A stretch of DNA of 64,000 nt from positions 6,655 to 70,654 of the forward strand of contig JAEXSP010000017.1 in the NCBI GenBank assembly GCA_023453795.1, given 5' to 3'. The position numbers and the translations under genes were made by a program. A model generated the notes under the pieces. It was not told where the DNA came from and ran no database searches. It worked only from the letters and a program-made list of their open reading frames with translations. Below are positions 18,601 through 26,457 of this stretch, piece after piece (the stretch's first letter is position 1; every line of letters begins with the position of its first letter). The DNA is from Bacillota bacterium. Its GTDB lineage: Bacteria; Bacillota; Clostridia; Acetivibrionales; JAEXSP01.

Positions 18601-20620
18601 CTTCTCCGCCGACTGAGATTGTTTCTTCCTCAGCTTCTGCATTGCTTATACTATAATCCATATAATACGGACGGAAGGTGTTGACAGAGCGGTCAGGGCG
18701 GAGTGTCAATTGAGCAGAGCCGTTCGGATCGCACTTCAGTTTGCCCTCATTATTCGAACTTGCTTTGTAATAGTAATTAAGCTTAAGTCCTGCTACCGGA
18801 GAGCCCTCAAAAAAGCTGGCCTGAACAGCCAAATCCGTACTCTCCCATGAAAACATAGGGTTCTTGTCGGGAACAGCAGTCAGCTTGTAGGCAGGCTTTG
18901 TATACTGCCTTACTTCAAAGTAATTACTTGAAACGATGCTGTCGCCTAGCTTTAGTTGGATATAATATGAACCCTGACTGAGATTGGATATGTCCATTCT
19001 GCTGTTATAAGTTCCGTGGGAGGATAATTTAACCTCTTTTGAGGAAATCATACTCAATCGGTCATTGTCGCTGGAACCGTTATATGCTGACGGATAAAGC
19101 TCCAATGTAGCTTTTGACGGAACATCCGAGCCGTCTCTGGGTTTAGCGATTCCCCAAAGGTTAACTGTATCCGTGGGAAGATAGAGCCCCCTGTCGAGGT
19201 ACATGTATGACCAGTATTTACACTCGGGTTTATCATTATCATCGGTATATTGGTAATATGCCAGCGGTGCTATAAATGCAGGCTTGTTTTCCCTGAAGGC
19301 TTTGAAATAGTAGTTTGCTCCTTGTTCGGGTTCGGGAATCTTACCCTTTATTACTGCGACTCCATCCTTCCCGGTTTCAGCCGTACCGAGGCCCTCTGCT
19401 TCTATTGAAACACCCTTGACCGGCTTGCCTGTAACGGAATCGTTTATCCATGCCAGACTGTTTTTTTCTCCGGCCATAAAATAGCAGACATTGTCGCTTA
19501 CCTGCATTAAAGCCTGTTTTACCTTATCCTCACAGGTGACATTGACCAGATAATGTCCTTCGGAAAGCTTTGAGGGAAAACGTAGAATATATGTATTCCA
19601 GTACTCATTATTCATGTCAAAAAGAGTTGTCTTGAATGAGGAGACCGAAGTAAGGCTGCCTGATTCAAACCTTCTTGTGCCATTATCCGTATGAGCCCAG
19701 TAGGGAAGAGTATCATATTTTTTGAGATCAGACATAAACTCTTTGTCACTGGGATATTTATAGATTTCCACATTGAATTCCTTATTCTTGAAATATTCAT
19801 CCCCATACAACTGCAGCTCAGGCAGTGTATCGGTAGTGAAATTGTTTATGGAATCCCCATCAATATTAAAATACTTTTTTTCATTTAAATTATCGGACTG
19901 GTTGAGGACAGTCTGGAATTTGAACGTATAATCCTCCTGAATTTTATCATCGCTGCCTTCGAGGCCGATGCCCTTTTTGACTGTAACTGTATATACCGTG
20001 TTTTCAGCCAGCTTTTCCGGTACAAAAACAACGGTTTTTTTGTGGTATTCAAACCTTCCTTCGGTTTTAGGGGAAATCTCAAAATAGTTGTCGATTTTCT
20101 CCATGTTGTCATCGCTGAAGGTGATTTCTATGCCCGAGTTCAAGGGAACATCCGTGCTTATGTTTCTCGGAAGTGTTCTTTCGATTCTGAAGACTTTCTT
20201 TGTCTGAAATGCCCAGGAGCGTTTAGTGTCGTCTTTATTACCCATTGAAATTTTGTATATGCTGTCAGGTTTCAGGTCGTCTTTAAAATTAAGCCGGTAT
20301 TCTGTAGAGGACAGCTTTTTAAGCTTGTATTCCTGTGACGGTGAAACCTTCAGGACAGCTTTGAGTGCTGACTCGGAAATGTTCTGCTTCGATGTGATTT
20401 TAAATCCGGATTTTATATCCACACCTGTTTTGCCGTAGGACAGAGGAATTACATTTATCTTGTGATAGTTGATGCCGGATATATCGGCATCAGTGGGGGC
20501 CGATTCTGAGGAAAATATTAATGGTATAAGAACTGCAGCAGCTACGACAAGGATTAATAACGAGGCTGAAATTATTGATAATTTAATCCTATGCTTTTTA
20601 ATAAAATCTTTGACATGCAT
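15692..20620 (-). CDS. Alpha-2-macroglobulin family protein, 1642 aa, with an N-terminal TM anchor
   Basis: MG-domain motif YLDRGLYLPTDTVNLWGI, A2M-like VNLSVVDEAFFAIQDQ and LPDNLTSWRITYQGVTDD. One N-terminal helix (LSIISASLLILVVAAAVLIPLIF). No CxEQ thioester motif is visible in the translation. Confidence 0.85.
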   Translation of the reverse strand: MHVKDFIKKHRIKLSIISASLLILVVAAAVLIPLIFSSESAPTDADISGINYHKINVIPLSYGKTGVDIKSGFKITSKQNISESALKAVLKVSPSQEYKLKKLSSTEYRLNFKDDLKPDSIYKISMGNKDDTKRSWAFQTKKVFRIERTLPRNISTDVPLNSGIEITFSDDNMEKIDNYFEISPKTEGRFEYHKKTVVFVPEKLAENTVYTVTVKKGIGLEGSDDKIQEDYTFKFQTVLNQSDNLNEKKYFNIDGDSINNFTTDTLPELQLYGDEYFKNKEFNVEIYKYPSDKEFMSDLKKYDTLPYWAHTDNGTRRFESGSLTSVSSFKTTLFDMNNEYWNTYILRFPSKLSEGHYLVNVTCEDKVKQALMQVSDNVCYFMAGEKNSLAWINDSVTGKPVKGVSIEAEGLGTAETGKDGVAVIKGKIPEPEQGANYYFKAFRENKPAFIAPLAYYQYTDDNDKPECKYWSYMYLDRGLYLPTDTVNLWGIAKPRDGSDVPSKATLELYPSAYNGSSDNDRLSMISSKEVKLSSHGTYNSRMDISNLSQGSYYIQLKLGDSIVSSNYFEVRQYTKPAYKLTAVPDKNPMFSWESTDLAVQASFFEGSPVAGLKLNYYYKASSNNEGKLKCDPNGSAQLTLRPDRSVNTFRPYYMDYSISNAEAEEETISVGGEVVVFPSDFMIETKTAKKGAKGLVDVQTHSVSFNKKTLEDDLWYSTDAYRGGTVDKQLHATIYEEYWTAKENGKYYDFIDKTVHKLYQYTKEEKIVKEFDFRTESGKYSFDFNIDADKNKNYRISIKGTDSHNNTIVEDTYLDGYSGYDPNSYTSGFKYYTVESTNNKSRFKTGDAVSLDINCNGQAVPESSNARSLYLRLSNGLLDYTVTGNTKYSFDFDSSYIPNMYVQGVYFDGKNIFNAGCKEILYDYEKEKLNIKVEPDKKEYKPGEKVKLDISVTDSSGKPCKAEVNLSVVDEAFFAIQDQSVDTLESLYRSSFYTGIISDYVSFRQLDLNGNNAAEMGEGGDESVRYMFKDNGYFGTVQTGSDGKGEISFTLPDNLTSWRITYQGVTDDLHAGNGTVNVTSKLPFFIDVIFNNVFMVGDSPSITARSFGTAVDKNDSVDYTVTVTGQNGYKKTFTEKGLGNGYANTTLGKLSEGKYSVTVSAVKGKYKDAIKKDFKVVNNILETSRTRQYTLKEGLKPEGGSSLTTLTFYNKASSMYLNTLWDLMWQWGDRVDQKLSRKLSLELMKKYYPDYASWYDSSEEFNLQAYQCSDGGIALLSYDSSDPVLSAKVCSLAKDSIDESAAKQYFYSIINNTEASPENVAAAYWGLASLNEPVLLEIKDLLESKGIGSKERIYLGIALAEIGDSSGAESVYSKIASGLKHVDPYIYLDSGKDRDDVIDSTALLSVLAMKINAPEKNGLFAYVTKNSTKDILVNLEKMIFVTASAPDASKSSKFTLNLEGVKKVVKLNKSETFQVTLTPEKLKNIGLTDISGNIEVTSSFTGPITDLLKAGSVIRLNRTYSSDNRQTGSFNQSELIKIVLHPSFSETAPDGFYEITDVLPSCLRYVPSRQTYGNNWYFEDINSQKVTFWYNYQKNSKEPLKDVVYYARAVSPGKFTADYAVIKDVESDASGFAARKQIEIIK

Positions 20621-20903
20621 AAGCTTGCTTCCCTCCTGATATTATAATCAATTATTCAACTTTCCCGCAGAATTAATTACTGCAGTCACTAATTTAACCT
20701 CGGACTGCTTCGTTAAAATGGAAAGTTGTGTAAATTATAAAATTATACACCTTAATTATATATAAATCTTTATGTTTGTAATTTACAATCTAGTTAATAT
20801 TAGTTACGAAAAAGTTAAAAAACTTTAAAAGGGGCGAAAAATCATGCACGGCTAAAATAAAAGGAGAATGCAGCTGAAATTTGGTTGTAAATCTGCTATA
20901 AAG

Positions 20904-22346
20904 TTAAAACTGAAAATATATGAAAGAATTTGCCGTAAATACGCCCAGTATTATAATAGTTATTATAGCAGCGTAGTAAAGGCCCCACCTGATTACAGCA
21001 GGCTTACGGGCAAGAGTCATACTTAGACTTTGCCTTCTTTGCAGCAGTTGGACAAGGAGGAGGAAGCCTACCAGCAGCATTCCTATAAATACATCATAGC
21101 GTGTTATTCCAACCCAGCTGAAGGTGGACTTGAGCCTGAAGTCTGTAAAAATACGTTTTACAACAGTGAAAGCATCATTGATTGAAGCAGCCCTGAAGAA
21201 TATCCATGAGAAGCAGATAAGGTTGAAGGTGACAAACACTTTAAAGGCTTTCCCGATGGCAGGGACCTTGTCCAGCCTGAAAAAGTGAAATACCTTTGAT
21301 TTTGGCTTCTTAAGAATGATTGCTGCTACCAGGTATAAACCGTTAAGCGAACCCCATATAACGTACGTCCAATTCGCACCGTGCCATAGGCCGCTTAAGA
21401 GAAATACAATCAGCAGATTCCTGTACCATTTCCATTTGGCGCACCTGCTGCCGCCAAGAGGAATGAAAACATAATCCTTGAACCAGCTTGACAGTGATAT
21501 ATGCCAGCGTTTCCAGAATTCCGATATTGATTTGGAGAAATAAGGCCTTTTGAAGTTCTCCATAAGCTCAAAGCCCATTATTCTGGCTGCGCCTCTGGCA
21601 ATATCGGTATATCCGGAGAAGTCGCAGTAGATCTGGAAGGCAAAGAAGTAGGTTGCTACAAGGAGTGTAAGTCCTGAATTGGCTGAAGGATATTTATATA
21701 CTGCATTTACAATAATAGCAAGGTTGTCTGCAATTACAATTTTCTTAAAGAATCCCCAAAGCATCAGCTTTAATCCGTCAATGATCCTGACAGAATCAAA
21801 ATAGTGCTTTTCATGGAATTGATGCAGCAGATTCTGAGGCCTTTCAATAGGTCCGGCAACAAGCTGCGGATAGAACATGACAAAAAGAGCGTATATTCCG
21901 AAATTCCTTTCGGGCTTTTGATTGCCCCGGTATACCTCTATAATATAGCTCATGCTCTGGAAGGTATGGAAGGACAGCCCTATAGGAAGCAGTATGGACA
22001 GGCTTTGAATAGGGTAATTCCAATGAAGCATATTTGCAAGGTTTGTGAGGTTTTCGTTGAAAAAGTTAAAATACTTGAAAACAAACAGAAACCCGACATT
22101 GGAGACGATGCTTATAATGAGGAACAGCTTCTTGTTTCTTCCTTCCATCCTGCATAGAAGAATGCCAACAAAATAGTCTACAACAATGGTAACTGCAAGA
22201 ATGAGAATATAAATCGGAACAAAAGCCATATAGAATATGCAGCTTGCTGTTAACAGCATAAACCAGCGCAATTTATGAGGCAGTGCAAAATACAGAATTG
22301 TCACTATCGGAAAAAACAGCATAAAACTGATTGAATTAAAAAGCAT
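20904..22346 (-). CDS. MBOAT-family membrane O-acyltransferase (AlgI/DltB/PatA-like)
   Basis: MLFNSISFMLFFPIV N-terminus, the catalytic-His region FWKRWHISLSSWFKDYVFIPLGG, and LWHGANW. Polytopic membrane protein. Confidence 0.9.
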   Translation of the reverse strand: MLFNSISFMLFFPIVTILYFALPHKLRWFMLLTASCIFYMAFVPIYILILAVTIVVDYFVGILLCRMEGRNKKLFLIISIVSNVGFLFVFKYFNFFNENLTNLANMLHWNYPIQSLSILLPIGLSFHTFQSMSYIIEVYRGNQKPERNFGIYALFVMFYPQLVAGPIERPQNLLHQFHEKHYFDSVRIIDGLKLMLWGFFKKIVIADNLAIIVNAVYKYPSANSGLTLLVATYFFAFQIYCDFSGYTDIARGAARIMGFELMENFKRPYFSKSISEFWKRWHISLSSWFKDYVFIPLGGSRCAKWKWYRNLLIVFLLSGLWHGANWTYVIWGSLNGLYLVAAIILKKPKSKVFHFFRLDKVPAIGKAFKVFVTFNLICFSWIFFRAASINDAFTVVKRIFTDFRLKSTFSWVGITRYDVFIGMLLVGFLLLVQLLQRRQSLSMTLARKPAVIRWGLYYAAIITIIILGVFTANSFIYFQF

Positions 22347-22359
22347 AAATAGTTCTCCT

Positions 22360-23406
22360 TTAGGAATTTATCCGTTTCCATAAATCTTCGGCCAAAAATC
22401 TGTAGCCGTCCTGAATCAGATGGACATGATCCGAAAACAGGTTATAGCCGATCTTTTTATTGTAGTTGATGTACTTCACACCTTTATTAGTGAAGAAACC
22501 GTCTATTTTTTTCATATTGTCAACATAGCCCGGTACCGAGGTTGCAGACCCTAGAAGCTTGTCATTCATCGCAGTAAGGAAAAACAAGGTGTTCTTTCCC
22601 TTTTGTAATTCCATTATCTTTTTAAAGAAATAAACCTGAAAATTGGAATCATCCATTACAAACGGTGAACTCGCATAATACCATAGATTTTCAGGCTTCT
22701 TCATTATAGCGGGAAGATCCTTTTTAGTGTACCAGGGGGCAACGACTGCCTTATTCTCCCTTAAAACGGAATTCCCCTTTCTCTTGAAGGCCAGATTGAT
22801 GAACTGGCTGTATTTGACTATTGAAACATCAGTATATAAAAATCTCTTAATTTCAGTTTTGATGCTTCCCCAAGTGTCGTAAGCCTTCATCTTGCCGCTG
22901 TCAGCAACCTTTTTGTAGTCCTTGGGGTCAACCTTTTTAAAATTGTTTTTTAGCCAGAAGACAGGATTCTTCGCGTAAAATTCCCAGTAAGGCAGGTCTA
23001 TGATAAGGTTTTGGGTGGATATGCCGTTATCGTTCAAAAGCTTGATGACAATATAGATGTCACCGGCCATCATGGAAGGTGCGGCGAGGTTAAAAACCCT
23101 TACAGCCTTTCCTTCCCTTTTGGCAATAGCGTTCATATAGCTGGTGATTGTACTTTCCGGCGGGCAGGGGGTGCCGTAGCCGACGGAATCTCCAAGAAGG
23201 ATTATGTAATCTTTAAGCTGCTCCTTGCGGATTGTTTTTTTGATCTCCTGAATTGTTATGTTTATTACAAATTCATTATCCTTGAATGCGTCATAATTAA
23301 TTCTCTGGTTATATACCACTCTCGAAGGTATGATATATGGAAGCGTGAATTGAGTCAGAATAAAAAATATTAAAATAAATAGAGCCAGCTTCTTAATTAG
23401 AGACAT
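22360..23406 (-). CDS. SGNH-like extracytoplasmic partner of the MBOAT (AlgJ/PatB/DltD-type role)
   Basis: N-terminal anchor, a GDS-type block ILLGDSVGYG and a C-terminal SDHVHLIQDGY (DxxH block). Its stop is 13 nt before the MBOAT start. Confidence 0.65.
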   Translation of the reverse strand: MSLIKKLALFILIFFILTQFTLPYIIPSRVVYNQRINYDAFKDNEFVINITIQEIKKTIRKEQLKDYIILLGDSVGYGTPCPPESTITSYMNAIAKREGKAVRVFNLAAPSMMAGDIYIVIKLLNDNGISTQNLIIDLPYWEFYAKNPVFWLKNNFKKVDPKDYKKVADSGKMKAYDTWGSIKTEIKRFLYTDVSIVKYSQFINLAFKRKGNSVLRENKAVVAPWYTKKDLPAIMKKPENLWYYASSPFVMDDSNFQVYFFKKIMELQKGKNTLFFLTAMNDKLLGSATSVPGYVDNMKKIDGFFTNKGVKYINYNKKIGYNLFSDHVHLIQDGYRFLAEDLWKRINS

Positions 23407-23502
23407 CTTTTTCCACCTTTTAAAAAGTAAATAGTTTACACAGTAGATTATAACAAAAAAATCAGATAGGTAAAATCAAAAATGTAAACATTTTAGCTTA
23501 AG

Positions 23503-23540
23503 AAAAACCATTACCACTGAATAGGACTCAGAGGTAATGG
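23503..23540 (-). terminator. Rho-independent terminator after the transglutaminase-domain gene
   Basis: Stem CCATTACC (23508..23515) / GGTAATGG (23533..23540). On the minus strand it is followed by TTTTT (23507..23503). Confidence 0.7.
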
Positions 23541-23565
23541 TTGATTGAACTGTTCTTAGCGATAG

Positions 23566-26226
23566 CTATTTGTTGATCGTAATCGAGAATATCACAGAAA
23601 CTTCTTCCGTAGACGGATTTCCACCCATGTAGAGCTGATAATTTACATTGTTTTTCTTGTAGTTGGCTTCCAGCTGAGAGTACCCTTTCATCATCTGAGT
23701 GAAAAGCGTTTTCACATTCCAGGAATCCAGTTTTGTAGATCCCTTGCCACTGGTATAAACATTCGGTGCCGTCAGCTTGTCCGCTTTCAGCAGCTCCTTC
23801 AGATAACCGTTAAGTTTGTTGTAGAGTTTAATATAATTGTCCTGTGTTACTTGTATACGGTTCAGTGATATTGAATAATAAAGTCTTTTGGCATCCGAGT
23901 GCTGATTGTAGGACCGGTAAACCTGAACGCCGGATTTTAAATATTCTACATAATAAATTGTCCCATTGCTGTCTACTTCTGTCGGATCGGAGGTCTCTAA
24001 AGCTTTTGCATTGGCTGTAGATTTCACGCTTTCAAGTTTTTTATCCCCGACGTGGTATTTGGCCAAAGCTGTCTTAATTTCAGATATTTGTGAATCATTT
24101 AATTCAACATTGAGATTCTCGGATTGAACCGGTGTCTGCAGCACGCCGTCAGGCAGCTTGACAGTGATAGAGTCCAGAGGGCATGCAGCCAGACTCATGC
24201 GTTGATAGCTGTCTACAAGGTTGTATTGTCCATCCATATACTTTTCTATGTTGTTGCCAATGAGTTCCAATGTGTACCAGCACTCTCCCTGCGGCGGCAA
24301 AGGAGGCTTGATGGTTACTGTCGCTTCTGTCATTCCCGGAGTAATCTCCAATTGAACCCCATCTGAACCGTAGGAAGAAAAGCCTTTTCCCTGCGGAGTC
24401 ATCGTACTGACCCTGATGTACAATGATTGATTCATCTTGGCAGGCTGCGGGAACAGGACTTTTATTTTGCTTGCGGCGGTTTTCTCCGGTTTGACAATCA
24501 CCGTATAGTCATTGCCGTTTTGTTGAACCTCTAAAGTATATTTGTCATCTGTTTTGTAATTGTATATGTCGGCAAGCTGAAATCCGATATGATCCTGTAA
24601 CTCACTGCTGTATTGCTTTTCCGGAATCAGCATAAACGAAGACTCGCTGGAACCCTTTCCTAAAAATAGTGTCCTGCTCATACTTATTCCGCTATTCTCC
24701 ATGCTCATGAGGATGTAAATGTCCTCCTTGGCTGTACCCGATTCAAATTTTATTTTACCGGTAACAGGGGTATATCCTTGGGCTGCAGAGTCATTTATCA
24801 GTTTATCGTCATAATTGGTGCTGCATGGGGGATAAAAGGTCTTTCGCCAGATATGGTCCGTCTGCATCTGCTTGTCCGATAGCAGAAGATAATCATACAT
24901 ATTTCGATTTGTTTCTTCGTCGTTTATTGTTGCGTCATTCCAGGTTACATCCAAATGATAATACTTTCCGTCGACTTTAACAATATTCCACGCGTGCCTG
25001 TTTTCCTTATAGTTCCCCAATTCATACTCATCAATGTCTTTAAAGCCGTCAACACCCGCAAATCCCACAACGAATTTTGCCTCAACCCCCATCTTGTTCA
25101 GAAGATTTGCTGTTGCGCAGGCATATCCCTGGCATATGCCCTTTCCCTTTAGTAGTACATCATATAATCCTTCAGAACTCCGAACATAGGTTGTATTCTC
25201 AATTATATACCTGTTTACGGCCAAAACCTTATCATAATCGCTCATACCTGGTTTCAGCAGCTTGGCAGCAATCTGGTTGGCTGTATCGTCCACGTCCTTG
25301 GGTAATTTCTCATTGTTGAATTCATTGTAATATTTCAGTGTTGTTTTATCAGAACTGATGATATCGCCATTTTCGTCGTAGAAGTCTGTTTTCCCCTTTA
25401 ACCGGATCAACATCTGCATATTTCCGTAGAATTTAACATCGTAGGATTTGAGATTATTCAGCAATACCTTGGCCGGTACTCTGACAATGCCTTGATCCAA
25501 CCTTGCTTCCGTATCCATTTTCCGGCTGACTCCATTAATTTTTACATTATCACTTAAAAGCTTGAATTCAAACGAAGTGCCGTCAATTTTCAGTATTGCG
25601 GTATTGCTTTTGGAGTCAAAAGAATACGTGCCGTTAAAGATGTCCGCCAGAGGACGAATAGGTATAATAAGCGTATTTTTAATCAATGCAGGCAGCATAG
25701 CCGGCGATTTTCCCAAACTGCAATAGTCATTGTCCACCTCGAAGCCCCATGAATTCGAAGCTAGAGCGACTCTTTTCGGCATGTTTGCCTTTCTTATGCT
25801 GATGATTTTATCCGTAGGATTCCATAGTGCTTTTAAGCCAAACGCTTCAGCAATATAGCGCGGCTCTACATAAATCATACCGCTTTTGACTATTGTCGCA
25901 GAGTCCATCTGCTTCTTTATGCCATTCACAGCATATTCCTTTTTTCCGGCGTATAAGGTCAGGGTATTCTTGTTCCTTGTATAGGTTTCCTTCAGAGTTT
26001 TTATGTCATAGGCAGTTTTATCTACTCCAATCGCATATGCAATGCTTTGTGCAGTGGCCCATACCTTGCCTTTGGAGTCAATGAAGGGCTGTAAACCGGA
26101 TATTTCTTTCTCTGAACCGATAAATGTCACTGTGATTGGTTTACTTGCAGCGTAAACAGGTGCTATTGGTGTTGCTGCAATGAATACCATAATCAATGCT
26201 AGTATCAGTGTAAGTAATTTTTTCAT
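23566..26226 (-). CDS. Secreted protein with copper-amine-oxidase-N-like stalk domains and a transglutaminase-like cysteine protease core
   Basis: Signal peptide present. CuAO-N-like segments include MIYVEPRYIAEAFGLKALWNPTDKIISI. The transglutaminase core reads GICQGYACATANLLNKMGV...NRHAWNIVKVDGKYYHLDVTWND (Cys-His-Asp). Confidence 0.8.
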   Translation of the reverse strand: MKKLLTLILALIMVFIAATPIAPVYAASKPITVTFIGSEKEISGLQPFIDSKGKVWATAQSIAYAIGVDKTAYDIKTLKETYTRNKNTLTLYAGKKEYAVNGIKKQMDSATIVKSGMIYVEPRYIAEAFGLKALWNPTDKIISIRKANMPKRVALASNSWGFEVDNDYCSLGKSPAMLPALIKNTLIIPIRPLADIFNGTYSFDSKSNTAILKIDGTSFEFKLLSDNVKINGVSRKMDTEARLDQGIVRVPAKVLLNNLKSYDVKFYGNMQMLIRLKGKTDFYDENGDIISSDKTTLKYYNEFNNEKLPKDVDDTANQIAAKLLKPGMSDYDKVLAVNRYIIENTTYVRSSEGLYDVLLKGKGICQGYACATANLLNKMGVEAKFVVGFAGVDGFKDIDEYELGNYKENRHAWNIVKVDGKYYHLDVTWNDATINDEETNRNMYDYLLLSDKQMQTDHIWRKTFYPPCSTNYDDKLINDSAAQGYTPVTGKIKFESGTAKEDIYILMSMENSGISMSRTLFLGKGSSESSFMLIPEKQYSSELQDHIGFQLADIYNYKTDDKYTLEVQQNGNDYTVIVKPEKTAASKIKVLFPQPAKMNQSLYIRVSTMTPQGKGFSSYGSDGVQLEITPGMTEATVTIKPPLPPQGECWYTLELIGNNIEKYMDGQYNLVDSYQRMSLAACPLDSITVKLPDGVLQTPVQSENLNVELNDSQISEIKTALAKYHVGDKKLESVKSTANAKALETSDPTEVDSNGTIYYVEYLKSGVQVYRSYNQHSDAKRLYYSISLNRIQVTQDNYIKLYNKLNGYLKELLKADKLTAPNVYTSGKGSTKLDSWNVKTLFTQMMKGYSQLEANYKKNNVNYQLYMGGNPSTEEVSVIFSITINK

Positions 26227-26457
26227 TTATGAGTCCCCCTATATTTTTCAATGGCTTCTTTGGAATATTTTATATCAATGCATGGACTAAATCAATCTGA
26301 GATTTACAAGCTAATAAACCATAAAATTATTAATTAAAAATTATCACTTACTGTTTCATAGGAAAAGGGTAAATTTCTGTTGATACATGAATTGATTTCA
26401 TGTGCGAAATAATAAATTAAAGTACTTGTACAGTTATATAAAAGGAGATAAAAAATT

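Noticed and set aside
15692-20620. Search for a CxEQ (CGEQ/CLEQ) thioester motif in the A2M-like protein
   Set aside because: None was found by eye in the track translation. I therefore do not call it a thioester-containing A2M. An alignment is needed before absence is certain.
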